Positions 1 through 8,404 of a DNA stretch of 64,000 bases are shown here, piece after piece (the first letter of the stretch is position 1; the number at the start of each line of letters is the position of its first letter). The DNA is from an uncultured Candidatus Saccharibacteria bacterium. Its GTDB lineage: Bacteria; Patescibacteriota; Minisyncoccia; Phycocordibacterales; UBA2100. The notes below the pieces were generated by a model that did not search any database, was not told where the DNA came from, and saw only the letters and a list, made by a program, of their open reading frames with translations. The stretch is from positions 12,775 to 76,774 of the forward strand of contig CAZPGE010000005.1 of NCBI GenBank assembly GCA_964586255.1, given 5' to 3'. The position numbers and the translations under genes were made by a program.

Positions 1-716
1 TTCACCTCGTTTTGATACAACGTTATCTTCGCGTCTTTGAGCGCGACACCTGCTGCGCGCTTGCCCCACGATTCGACGGTGCGGATAGGGACCAGTGCAC
101 CGCCTTCCTCTACTACTTTGTGGCCGAGTTCGCGAAGCCATGCGTATCCGTCGCCGGTCGAACCTGTCTCCGGATGAGACTTGCCACCCGTCGCAAGAAT
201 GTAGGAGCGCGCTCGAATGGTGCGAGAGCCCTTGAGCTCCAGCTGGTCTATACGACCGTCCTTGATGATGACTTTTTTTACCGGTGCATTGAGCATTACT
301 TCGACACCACTCTCTCGCATGTAATCTACAAGCACGTCCCATACTGCATGCGCCGTGTTTGCGAGAGGAAAAACGCGCTGTCCGGCTTCCTCTTTGGTCG
401 GCATGCCGCGTGTGTGGAAAAAGTCGAGTGTGTCTTTGACCGCAAACTCCGAGAAAGGGGAGAAGAGGAATTTACCGCTCTCTTTAAATTTCGCGAGCAA
501 CATCCGGGTGTCGAGCTCCGCATTTGTTACGTTGCATCGGCCGCCACCGGTGATGAGGAGCTTGCGGCCGAGCGATGCGTTCTTCTCGAGCAGGATGACA
601 CGAGCGCCACGCTCTGCCGCGCGTCCAGCGGCCATCATACCGGCGGGGCCGCCGCCTATGACCACCACGTCCCATTCGCCGGCCGGCGAATCCTCTGGCT
701 GAGCGCTTTTTCTCAT
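1..716 (-). CDS. NAD(P)/FAD-dependent oxidoreductase, HI0933/BaiN-like flavoprotein (5'-truncated by window; start codon at 714-716)
   Basis: Minus-strand translation reads MRKSAQPEDSPAGEWDVVVIGGGPAGMMAAGRAAERGARVILLEKNASLGRKLLITGGGRCNVTN..., with a GxGxxG FAD-binding motif and the HI0933 signature TGGGRCNVTN. The listed + strand ORF 12..737 is its antisense shadow. Confidence 0.7.
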   Translation of the reverse strand, partial: MRKSAQPEDSPAGEWDVVVIGGGPAGMMAAGRAAERGARVILLEKNASLGRKLLITGGGRCNVTNAELDTRMLLAKFKESGKFLFSPFSEFAVKDTLDFFHTRGMPTKEEAGQRVFPLANTAHAVWDVLVDYMRESGVEVMLNAPVKKVIIKDGRIDQLELKGSRTIRARSYILATGGKSHPETGSTGDGYAWLRELGHKVVEEGGALVPIRTVESWGKRAAGVALKDAKITLYQNEV

Positions 717-834
717 GCGGCCATCCTAGCAGTTTGACAGGCTAATAGCTATATGCTACTATCTCTCCACCAACGTTCTCACCCGTTTTTGTCTTGAGGC
801 TTCTCAGGACCGTCCCGAAAAGTCGAAAGAAGGG

Positions 835-2157
835 ATGATGAAAGCTTCGAGACCGCTGGATTACTTAGCCCCTCTGGGGCACCAGCATATAGTCATGAAT
901 CATAGAAAGTTTAGCCCCCGTCAGGGGAGCAGGCCGTCTTCGTACGGCTCACGTCCAAGTCGCTCGGGCAGTGCGAGCGGTTATCAGTCACGCGGTAGTT
1001 CGTTTAGGCCATCCGGTCGCTCCGGCGGACGCGGAGGCCGCCCGGCACACGCCGGTCAGCGCATTGATGTGTCGCGCTTTATCAACAAAGCGGTCGTCAC
1101 CGAAGTCGAGCAGAAGTTTGTCCCGCAGCACCGCTTTGCGGACTTCCTCATCGATGAGACTCTCAAGACCAACATCATAGCGAAGGGCTATGAGACACCG
1201 ACACCGATACAAGACCGTGCGATACCGCACGCGCTTTTGGGGCAGGATGTCGTAGGCATCGCCAACACCGGTACCGGCAAGACCGCCGCATTCCTCATCC
1301 CGCTCATCAACAAGGTTTTGAACGACCGTAGTGAGCGCATACTCATCATGGTCCCGACGCGAGAACTCGCCGTACAGATTGAAGATGAGTACTGGGGCTT
1401 TGCATCGCATATGCGCATGGGCGCGGTGACATGCGTCGGTGGTGCGAACATCAATCGTCAGATTGCGACACTTCGTCGCAATCCAAACTTCGTCATCGGT
1501 ACGCCGGGGCGTCTCAAGGATCTCATGGAGCGCCGCGCGCTCGACCTCTCGAAATTCTCGACGGTCGTGCTCGACGAGGCTGACCGCATGCTCGACATGG
1601 GTTTCATCGCCGACATGCGTTTCATCTTGAGCCAGATGCGGGATGAAAAGCAAACACTCTTTTTCTCTGCGACCATGTCGCGCGACATCGAGAAGCTTAT
1701 CGGCGATTTCCTGAAAAATCCTGTGTCCATCTCGGTCAAGACAGGTGACACGGCAAAGAGTGTCGATCAGGACATTGTGCGCACTGCGGGCAAGAACAAG
1801 ATAGATGTCTTGCATGAATTGCTCACACAGCCCGATTTCTCCAAGGTTATCGTCTTCGGGCGCACCAAGCACGGCGTCGAGAAGCTCTCGAAGCTGCTCT
1901 CAGACCGCGGATTCAAAGCAGAATCTATTCACGGCAACAAGACGCAAGGGAAGCGCGAGCGTGCACTCGGTGCATTCAAGAAAAATCAGATACAAGTACT
2001 CGTCGCGACAGATGTCGCTGCGCGCGGTATAGACGTCGATGACGTATCACATGTCATCAACTACGACATCCCGATGACGTACGACGATTACGTGCACCGC
2101 ATTGGTCGTACTGGCCGCGCAGGGAAGGGAGGCAAAGCACTCACCTTCATCGACTAA
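835..2157 (+). CDS. DEAD-box ATP-dependent RNA helicase with an N-terminal RG/S-rich low-complexity region
   Basis: Q-motif and motif I (PTPIQ, ANTGTGKT), motif II VLDEADRML, SAT, and HRIGRTGRAG motif VI. Confidence 0.9.
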   Translation: MMKASRPLDYLAPLGHQHIVMNHRKFSPRQGSRPSSYGSRPSRSGSASGYQSRGSSFRPSGRSGGRGGRPAHAGQRIDVSRFINKAVVTEVEQKFVPQHRFADFLIDETLKTNIIAKGYETPTPIQDRAIPHALLGQDVVGIANTGTGKTAAFLIPLINKVLNDRSERILIMVPTRELAVQIEDEYWGFASHMRMGAVTCVGGANINRQIATLRRNPNFVIGTPGRLKDLMERRALDLSKFSTVVLDEADRMLDMGFIADMRFILSQMRDEKQTLFFSATMSRDIEKLIGDFLKNPVSISVKTGDTAKSVDQDIVRTAGKNKIDVLHELLTQPDFSKVIVFGRTKHGVEKLSKLLSDRGFKAESIHGNKTQGKRERALGAFKKNQIQVLVATDVAARGIDVDDVSHVINYDIPMTYDDYVHRIGRTGRAGKGGKALTFID

Positions 2158-2159
2158 GC

Positions 2160-2187
2160 AAAAAAGGCACCGAAAGGTGCCTTTTTG
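2160..2187. terminator. Rho-independent terminator (bidirectional-looking)
   Basis: aaaaa GGCACC gaaa GGTGCC ttttt directly after the helicase stop. Confidence 0.6.
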
Positions 2188-2300
2188 ACGGGGCTTGCGC
2201 TTTCCTGAAAGAAAGTGCATAGTATCGCCATATTAGCCCAGAGATATCGCTTGAGGTCAAGCCAAAAGCTATATTTTAAGCCGTTATTTAGCCCGATTAT

Positions 2301-3989
2301 ATGAAAAAGCTCATCGTTTCCGCAGTCGCACTCGTAAGTCTTCTCGGTGCCTCAGTCGCATCAGCACAGACGTATTACTCTACCGGTACATATGGTGCAT
2401 CCTACGGATATGCCAACTGTGCGGGACTCACGCGAGATCTCTCCGTGGGCATGCGCGGAAGCGATGTATCTTCTCTCCAGAGCTTTCTCATCAGCCGTAA
2501 CTATCCGGGCGGTGGTAACTGGATGCTCACGGGCTACTTCGGCCGCGCGACGCAAGCTGCGGTGCAGAATTTCCAGCAGGAAAGGGGATTGCCACGAACA
2601 GGAATTGCTGACGCTGCGACCCGCGCTGCGATCTGTGGCGGTTCAGTCGTGAATCCATTCCCGACCTACCCGACCTATCCTACGCCGACATATCCCACAT
2701 ACCCGACATATCCGACCTACCCTACGTATCCTACGTACCCATCGGCCGTGACCATCACGTCGCTCTCGACGAATTCTGCAGCGCAGAATTCACCGGTCAC
2801 CATCTACGGTACGGGATTCGATTACAACACCAATACGGTGTACGTCGGCTCTATACCTCTTACAAATATTTCTTCGAGCAACGGAACGTCACTGAGCTTT
2901 ACGGTACCTTCGTACCTCACGGGCTCGGTACAGGTCTACGTGTCTAACTCGCGCGGGCAGAGCAATGCAGTCGCGCTCTCGGTAGTCCCATATGCCACTC
3001 CGTGCGGCACCTACCCATATTCGACCAACTGCAACACGTGCACGTACCCATACACGAACTGCCCAAGCGGTCAGCTCTCGATTCAGTACCTTTCGCCGAC
3101 GAGCGGTGCGGTAGGTACCTCGGTGACCATCTATGGCACGGGCTTCAGCTCGACGGGCAACACCGTGCGCTTCGGCCAAGGCATTATCTCGGGTATCAGC
3201 TCATTCGATGGTCGCTCACTCTCGTTCACCGTTCCGTCGCAACTTACCGGATTTGGTACGCAGAGCATCATGCTTGCAACCTACAATGTTTCGGTCCAAA
3301 ACAGCGCAGGGTATACGAGCAATGCACTGCCGTTTACGGTGACATCGCTTGGCTCTGTCGGCGCGCCGACAATCTCGAGCGTCTCAGGTCCCTCGACACT
3401 GGGTACGGGCGTAACGGGCTCATGGACGGTCCAGATCTACAACACACCGCAGAGTTACACCAACAATGTCACCGTCTCGGTCATATGGGGCGATGAGAAT
3501 CTGTACGGCGCACAAATCTCTCCGGTCCAGACTTCATACGCGCAGGGTAGCCAGACATTCACCTTCACTCATGCGTACGTACAGTCGGGTACGTATACAG
3601 TAAGATTTACGGTCACCAATGCCTCGGGCCAGACCAACAGCACGACAGCGACCGTCGTCGTGTCCGGCTCTAGCTCGGGCTCGCTCTCGCTCTCTTCCGC
3701 GACACCGTCTTCGGGTCGCGTAGGGACTCAGATTGTCCTCACGGGAAACGGCTTCAATGCCACCGACAACACCGTGTACTTCGGTGTCGGCGGTACGCAA
3801 CACCTTCCGTCGGTAAATGGCAACGTCATCTACTACACGATTCCGCAGTATGTTTCTCCGTGCGACGTCGTCACTTCTGGTCAGGTCTGCGCACAGTACT
3901 TCCAGCAGGTCACGCCAGGTGCGTATCAGCTGTACGTAAAGAACGGCACTGGTACAACCAACGCACTCACGTTTACGGTCACCCAATAA
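2301..3989 (+). CDS. Secreted cell-surface protein: signal peptide, PG_binding_1-like domain, TYP nonapeptide repeats, multiple IPT/TIG-like domains
   Basis: MKKLIVSAVALVSLLGASVASA signal peptide; peptidoglycan-binding-like LQSFLISRNYPGG...GYFGRATQAAVQNFQ; (P)TYPTYP x9; repeated VTIYGTGF...NTV(Y/R)FG blocks typical of IPT/TIG domains. Confidence 0.75.
   Translation: MKKLIVSAVALVSLLGASVASAQTYYSTGTYGASYGYANCAGLTRDLSVGMRGSDVSSLQSFLISRNYPGGGNWMLTGYFGRATQAAVQNFQQERGLPRTGIADAATRAAICGGSVVNPFPTYPTYPTPTYPTYPTYPTYPTYPTYPSAVTITSLSTNSAAQNSPVTIYGTGFDYNTNTVYVGSIPLTNISSSNGTSLSFTVPSYLTGSVQVYVSNSRGQSNAVALSVVPYATPCGTYPYSTNCNTCTYPYTNCPSGQLSIQYLSPTSGAVGTSVTIYGTGFSSTGNTVRFGQGIISGISSFDGRSLSFTVPSQLTGFGTQSIMLATYNVSVQNSAGYTSNALPFTVTSLGSVGAPTISSVSGPSTLGTGVTGSWTVQIYNTPQSYTNNVTVSVIWGDENLYGAQISPVQTSYAQGSQTFTFTHAYVQSGTYTVRFTVTNASGQTNSTTATVVVSGSSSGSLSLSSATPSSGRVGTQIVLTGNGFNATDNTVYFGVGGTQHLPSVNGNVIYYTIPQYVSPCDVVTSGQVCAQYFQQVTPGAYQLYVKNGTGTTNALTFTVTQ
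2651..2740 (+). repeat. Tandem 9-nt coding repeat (ACNTAYCCN)n encoding (TYP)n
   Basis: Sequence read: ttcccgacctacccgacctatcctacgccgacatatcccacatacccgacatatccgacctaccctacgtatcctacgtacccatcg. Confidence 0.6.
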
Positions 3990-4005
3990 GGTTTCGCTCG
4001 GTACT

Positions 4006-4030
4006 CAGAAGAAGCCGCCCACAGGGGCGG
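4006..4030 (+). terminator. Rho-independent terminator
   Basis: GCCGCCC acag GGGCGGC ttttt after the TIG protein stop. Confidence 0.6.
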
Positions 4031-4037
4031 CTTTTTC

Positions 4038-4706
4038 ATGGTGCATACTGGTGTCATGTGGCAACGTCATGCATACATACGGTACGCAGTCATATTGGCG
4101 CTCGCAGGCATCGCGGTCGTGATTTGTATCCCTGTAAGCATTCGATTCGCCATGGAGCCGTATCTTTTTGCTTCATCGAATGATGTGCCGTACACCGAAG
4201 TAGCGGTAGTCCTCGGAGCTTCTGTGTATCGAGGGAAGCCGTCGCCCGTACTCGAGCGGCGAGCCGCAAAAGCAGTAGAGCTCTACCTCGCGGGCAAAGT
4301 GGGGAAGATACTCGTGACAGGGGACAATGGTGCGCTCACATACGACGAAGTGACACCCGTGAGGAAATACTTACTTGAGGCCGGGATTCCTGCGGGGGAT
4401 ATATTTCTCGATCATGCGGGATTCGATACGTATAGCAGCATGTACCGTGCGCGCGATGTATTTCTCGCGGACTCCATCACGGTGGTCACCCAAGATTTTC
4501 ATCTACCGCGTTCGGTTTACATCGCGCGTCACTTAGGAGTCGAAGCGTATGGCATTGTCGCCGGGGGAGACGGCTCGGAAAAAGACTACGTGCGAGAGAT
4601 TCCCGCATCGGGAAAGGCGGTGCTCGACCTGGCTCTACGCAGGGTGCCGAAATATCTCGGCGAGACCATTCCGCTCAGTGGCGATGGCTCGACTACGTGG
4701 TACTGA
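4038..4706 (+). CDS. SanA/YdcF (DUF218) family membrane-anchored protein
   Basis: N-terminal TM helix, then YdcF/SanA-like AVVLGASV...PVLERRAAKAVELYLAGKVGKILVTGDNG...DTYSSMYRA. Start may instead be 4056. Confidence 0.65.
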   Translation: MVHTGVMWQRHAYIRYAVILALAGIAVVICIPVSIRFAMEPYLFASSNDVPYTEVAVVLGASVYRGKPSPVLERRAAKAVELYLAGKVGKILVTGDNGALTYDEVTPVRKYLLEAGIPAGDIFLDHAGFDTYSSMYRARDVFLADSITVVTQDFHLPRSVYIARHLGVEAYGIVAGGDGSEKDYVREIPASGKAVLDLALRRVPKYLGETIPLSGDGSTTWY

Positions 4707-4730
4707 GGGGCTCATGGTATTCTTCTCGCC

Positions 4731-5024
4731 ATGCAATTCAAACTTCCGTTCAAGGGCTCACAAGACGAGGGTATCGCGCGCATCAAGCAGCTGCTCAAAG
4801 AGCATCGTGCGCAAATCACTGAGAAAGCCGCCGTCTCAAAGGAGGAGTGGAATGACAATGTCCTTTCCTTTGCCTTCGACCTCGAGGGCAAGCACATCGA
4901 AGGCACGGTCACAGTGCGCGATAACGAGTTTGATGTGTACGCCAAGCTTCCGCTCGCGCTGCGCCTCTTTGAAGGTACGATAGAGCGCATGATAGAGGCG
5001 GAGGCAAAGAAAATGGTCCTCTAG
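4731..5024 (+). CDS. Polyhydroxyalkanoic-acid-system family protein (TIGR02610-like), 97 aa
   Basis: C-terminal block GKHIEGTVTVRDNEFDVYAKLPLALRLFEGTIERMIE matches the family pattern G..G.V.V.D..V...LKLPLLA..F.GTIE. Confidence 0.5.
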   Translation: MQFKLPFKGSQDEGIARIKQLLKEHRAQITEKAAVSKEEWNDNVLSFAFDLEGKHIEGTVTVRDNEFDVYAKLPLALRLFEGTIERMIEAEAKKMVL

Positions 5025-5044
5025 ATACGGTATACTTTCTCCAT

Positions 5045-5215
5045 ATGAAGCAGGTGCTCATATTTGTCCCCGCACTTTTTCTTCTCGCGCTGATCTTCCT
5101 TGGCGTCATGTTGTATAGGGGTACCGAATCGAGCACCCCATGCATCGGTGAAGAATGCGCCGGCCTTTCAGACGACGAACTTGCCGACAGGGTCATCGAA
5201 GCGCGTACACGATAA
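5045..5215 (+). CDS. Small membrane protein (56 aa), hypothetical
   Basis: Translation MKQVLIFVPALFLLALIFLGVMLYRGTESSTPCIGEECAGLSDDELADRVIEARTR is one TM helix plus a C..C motif. A -10-like TATACT (5031-5036) lies 8 nt upstream of the ATG. It is below the ORF-track size cutoff. Confidence 0.3.
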   Translation: MKQVLIFVPALFLLALIFLGVMLYRGTESSTPCIGEECAGLSDDELADRVIEARTR

Positions 5216-5222
5216 GCTGCGT

Positions 5223-5864
5223 ATGCGGAAGTTTGTTCTCTTTGATTTTGATGGAGTCATCGTCGATTCCTTGTGGCTCGCGTTTGGCACGGCACAAAAA
5301 GTCCACCCGCATTTCACGCTCGAAAAATGGCTCCCCATGTTTGAGGGCAACATCTATGCGAACTACGACCACTCAGAATGCACAGAGGCATGTAAGCCCG
5401 GTCAAGAGGATTATTTTTCAATATTTTCTTCACGAATAGGAGAGCTCGTCGCTTTTCCGGGTATGCCGGAGGTTGTCGCACAGCTGAGTGCGACATATGG
5501 TCTCGCAATAGTGTCGTCCTCGGTCTCGATGGATATCATGTCTACGCTGAAGCGTCTCGGACTCGATGCTCATTTTGCGGACGTGCTTGGTAAAGATGTG
5601 CATACGAGCAAGGTGGAAAAGATTAACTCTTTACTTGCGCGGTATGAGGCGAGAGCAGATGACTGTGTTTTTGTGACCGATACCTTAGGCGACATGCTCG
5701 AAGCGGAAGAAGCAGGGCTCGTAGCGATAGGAGTGTCATGGGGATTCCTTCCGAAAGAAAAGCTTATTTTGGGAAAACCGTTTCGCATCGTTGATACACC
5801 GCAAGAGCTGCCCTTGGCTATCGATGAATATTTCACATCCACAGAGGCGCAGTACAGCTCTTGA
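5223..5864 (+). CDS. HAD-superfamily hydrolase (phosphatase)
   Basis: Motif I FVLFDFDGVIVDS sits at the N-terminus when starting at 5223, and a later DTLGD is motif IV. The 5100 start of the ORF track is an upstream extension. Confidence 0.8.
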   Translation: MRKFVLFDFDGVIVDSLWLAFGTAQKVHPHFTLEKWLPMFEGNIYANYDHSECTEACKPGQEDYFSIFSSRIGELVAFPGMPEVVAQLSATYGLAIVSSSVSMDIMSTLKRLGLDAHFADVLGKDVHTSKVEKINSLLARYEARADDCVFVTDTLGDMLEAEEAGLVAIGVSWGFLPKEKLILGKPFRIVDTPQELPLAIDEYFTSTEAQYSS

Positions 5865-5928
5865 TGTATCGAATATTCCACAACATTTCTTCATACAGGA
5901 TGTAAGAAGTGGTTGGTATACTCCGTCT

Positions 5929-7437
5929 ATGCTCTTGATGAAGTCCCTCCGCTTTTTTCTGCTCGCACTCGTCTTTGTACTCCCTACGAGTGCCTCTGCA
6001 GCTCCGCCAGCCGGCGGATTTGAGGTGACAGGCTGGATACCATACTGGCGGACTGCTACGGGTACTGCCGATGTACTTCCGCATCTCGATTCACTCACCG
6101 AAATCAACCCGTTTGTCTACACGCTGAAGCAAGACGGCACCATCGTCGACAATGGCACTCTAGACGCTGAGCCGTGGCTCACGCTCGTCGCCGAGGCAAA
6201 AAAGAAGGGCGTGCGTGTGATACCGACTATCATGTCGAGCGACCGCGAATTCCTGCACCGAATCTTGAGTGACCAGAAGTCGCGTATCGCGCTCGAAGAC
6301 GATATCGCTGCGCTTGTAAAAGAAAAAGGCTTTGATGGCATCGACATCGATTTTGAAAATAAAAGCGCTGATACGAGAGAGTACTTCTCGACGTTTCTCA
6401 AGGGGCTCTATCAAAGGATGGGGAAGAAGTGGGTGATGTGCACGATTGAGACTCGCATCCCCAACGAAGATAGATACTACGGTACCGACATCCCGGCTGA
6501 TGCCAATATCTATTCCAACGACCTCAAGGAGATAAATAAATACTGCGACCGCGTCCGCCTCATGGCCTACGACCAGCAGGGTATCGATTTAAAATTGCAG
6601 GCAGATGCGGGTACGCGACTCTATGCGCCAGTCGGCGACCCTGCGTGGGTAGAGAAAGTGGTGAAGCATATGTCGAAAGACATAGCGAAGAGCAAAATCC
6701 TCATCGGTGTGCCGACCTACGGATATGAGTATGCCGTCACGGCATATGCCAACAATCAGTATGTGTACGACATTCTCTGGACCTTCAATCCTGGCTACGC
6801 GTATCCCATAGCGGCGCAATACGGCATTACGCCGGAGCGAGCATTTTGGGGGGAGATGGCGTTTAGCTATGTACCCGTCGCTGGCTCAAGCACGCCACCG
6901 GCAGCTGGCTCCGTGCCAGCGCTCGCCGCTGCCGCCGCTGCATCGCAGATTGCGACCGCGCAAAACACTAACCTCACGTTCCGGTATCTCGTGTGGCCAG
7001 ACGCAACCTCTGTGCAGCAGCGTATCGACCTCGCCAAGAAGCTCGGCGTGCGCGGTATCTCTGTCTTTAAGTTCGATGGAGGACAGGATCCTGGCATATG
7101 GGGTGTCATCGCGGGCGCGAAGGGCGCAACTACGGCACCGTCTACGCCGACGGGCACACCGACCGCAGGTGAACTCAAGCGCGGACTGGACCTGGGCATG
7201 ACGGGCGAGGACGTGCGTACGCTCCAGAGGATACTCAACGCGGATTCCGACACGCGTGTCGCGGCAAGCGGTGTGGGCTCAAAGGGTAAGGAGTCGACAT
7301 ACTTTGGCGCAGCGACGAGTGCGGCAGTGAAGAAATTCCAGATACAATACGGCCTCGCAAAAGCGGGAGACTCGGGCTATGGATTCGTAGGTCCGAAGAC
7401 GCGCGCCAAGCTCAATCAGATACTCTCCTCGCTCTAG
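5929..7437 (+). CDS. Secreted GH18-family glycosyl hydrolase (chitinase/peptidoglycan-hydrolase-like) with C-terminal PG_binding_1 domain
   Basis: Signal peptide MKSLRFFLLALVFVLPTSASA; GH18 catalytic motif FDGIDIDFE; C-terminal LQRILNADSD...GAATSAAVKKFQIQYGL peptidoglycan-binding repeat. TGGTATACT lies 6 nt upstream of the ATG. Confidence 0.8.
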   Translation: MLLMKSLRFFLLALVFVLPTSASAAPPAGGFEVTGWIPYWRTATGTADVLPHLDSLTEINPFVYTLKQDGTIVDNGTLDAEPWLTLVAEAKKKGVRVIPTIMSSDREFLHRILSDQKSRIALEDDIAALVKEKGFDGIDIDFENKSADTREYFSTFLKGLYQRMGKKWVMCTIETRIPNEDRYYGTDIPADANIYSNDLKEINKYCDRVRLMAYDQQGIDLKLQADAGTRLYAPVGDPAWVEKVVKHMSKDIAKSKILIGVPTYGYEYAVTAYANNQYVYDILWTFNPGYAYPIAAQYGITPERAFWGEMAFSYVPVAGSSTPPAAGSVPALAAAAAASQIATAQNTNLTFRYLVWPDATSVQQRIDLAKKLGVRGISVFKFDGGQDPGIWGVIAGAKGATTAPSTPTGTPTAGELKRGLDLGMTGEDVRTLQRILNADSDTRVAASGVGSKGKESTYFGAATSAAVKKFQIQYGLAKAGDSGYGFVGPKTRAKLNQILSSL

Positions 7438-7485
7438 GAGAGTATCCACTTGCCTCCGTGATGGATAGTGTAGAATGGGCACACT

Positions 7486-8205
7486 ATGACAGAACACACA
7501 CAGAAAGATTTTAGTAATCTCTACACACCCATAGCAATCGTGCTTGCTGGCGTCATTATCGGAGCGTTTGCAATGGTGGGAATTTCAAAGACGGGCAGCG
7601 TATCATCAGGCGGAGAGCAGGCTGCGAAAGTCGATATCGCTGACGTGAATATCGAGAACGACCCGTACATCGGCGACAAGGATGCACCGGTCGTCTTGGC
7701 GTACTGGTCCGACTATCAGTGCCCATACTGTAAAGCTGTGGAGATGGGTCACCCGCAAATCCCGACGGAGCCTGCACTCCCAGTGCTCATCAAAGAATAC
7801 GTAGACACAGGCAAGCTCAGAATTGTGTTCAAAGATTACGCATTTCTCAGTGAAGATTCTACGACCGCAGCAATCTGGGGAAGGGCAGTATGGGATCTCT
7901 ATCCGACCAAGTACTTTGCATGGAGAGAAGCTATGTACACTGCGCAAGACGAAGAACATGGTGGCTTCGGCGATGAAGCATCCATATTCGCACTCACCAA
8001 GACAATCACTGGCATCGACGCAAACGCGGTGAAGACGCGCGTGGGCACGAATGCGGAGGCGTACCTCGCGCTCATCGAAGCTGACAAAGCTGAAGGCACG
8101 GGCTTTGGTGTACAGGGCACGCCCGGCTTTATCACCGGCAATACACTTATCCCTGGCGCCGTATCGCCGGAAGAGTTTAAGGCGGTGATAGAGGCACAGC
8201 TGTAA
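7486..8205 (+). CDS. DsbA-family thiol:disulfide oxidoreductase, membrane-anchored
   Basis: N-terminal TM helix; thioredoxin-fold CPYC active site (YQCPYCKA). Confidence 0.8.
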   Translation: MTEHTQKDFSNLYTPIAIVLAGVIIGAFAMVGISKTGSVSSGGEQAAKVDIADVNIENDPYIGDKDAPVVLAYWSDYQCPYCKAVEMGHPQIPTEPALPVLIKEYVDTGKLRIVFKDYAFLSEDSTTAAIWGRAVWDLYPTKYFAWREAMYTAQDEEHGGFGDEASIFALTKTITGIDANAVKTRVGTNAEAYLALIEADKAEGTGFGVQGTPGFITGNTLIPGAVSPEEFKAVIEAQL

Positions 8206-8220
8206 GGAGAAGCTTGGTAG

Positions 8221-8316
8221 TCCTAGTGTTTTCCGTCGCTGTCTGGCCTTGCTAGGCCAGCGCTCGGTCTCGCCGCCGTCGCGGCTGCGAAGACGGAAAA
8301 CACTAGGACTACACGC
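8221..8316 (+). repeat. Structured palindromic repeat element, copy 1 (21-bp outer stem enclosing two hairpins)
   Basis: gtagtcctagtgttttCCGTC-GCTGTCT-GGCCTTGCTAGGCC-AGCGCTCGGTCTC-GCCGCCGTCGCGGC-TGCGAA-GACGGaaaacactaggactac. It is homologous to copy 2 at 51510-51594, and the differences between copies fall so that stem pairing is kept. Confidence 0.7.
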
Positions 8317-8373
8317 GCGGGGGCGCGGGAAATTTGACAATTGGTCCGAAATACGCAAGAATTGAGCCACGGG

Positions 8374-8398
8374 GTGCCCGCACGGGCACTTTTCTTTT
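8374..8398 (+). terminator. Terminator-like hairpin plus U-tract ending 7 nt before the typA start codon (attenuator, or 3' end of an sRNA containing the structured repeat)
   Basis: GTGCCCG cac GGGCAC ttttctttt, then aaacct ATG. Confidence 0.45.
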
Positions 8399-8404
8399 AA
8401 ACCT

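Noticed and set aside
12-737. 241-aa + strand ORF at the window start
   Set aside because: It is the antisense shadow of a minus-strand HI0933-family flavoprotein gene, whose translation shows clear GGGPAG and TGGGRCNVTN motifs. The + frame has no recognisable features.
988-1872. 294-aa minus-strand ORF inside the DEAD-box helicase gene
   Set aside because: Antisense to a gene with unambiguous helicase motifs; typical high-GC shadow ORF.
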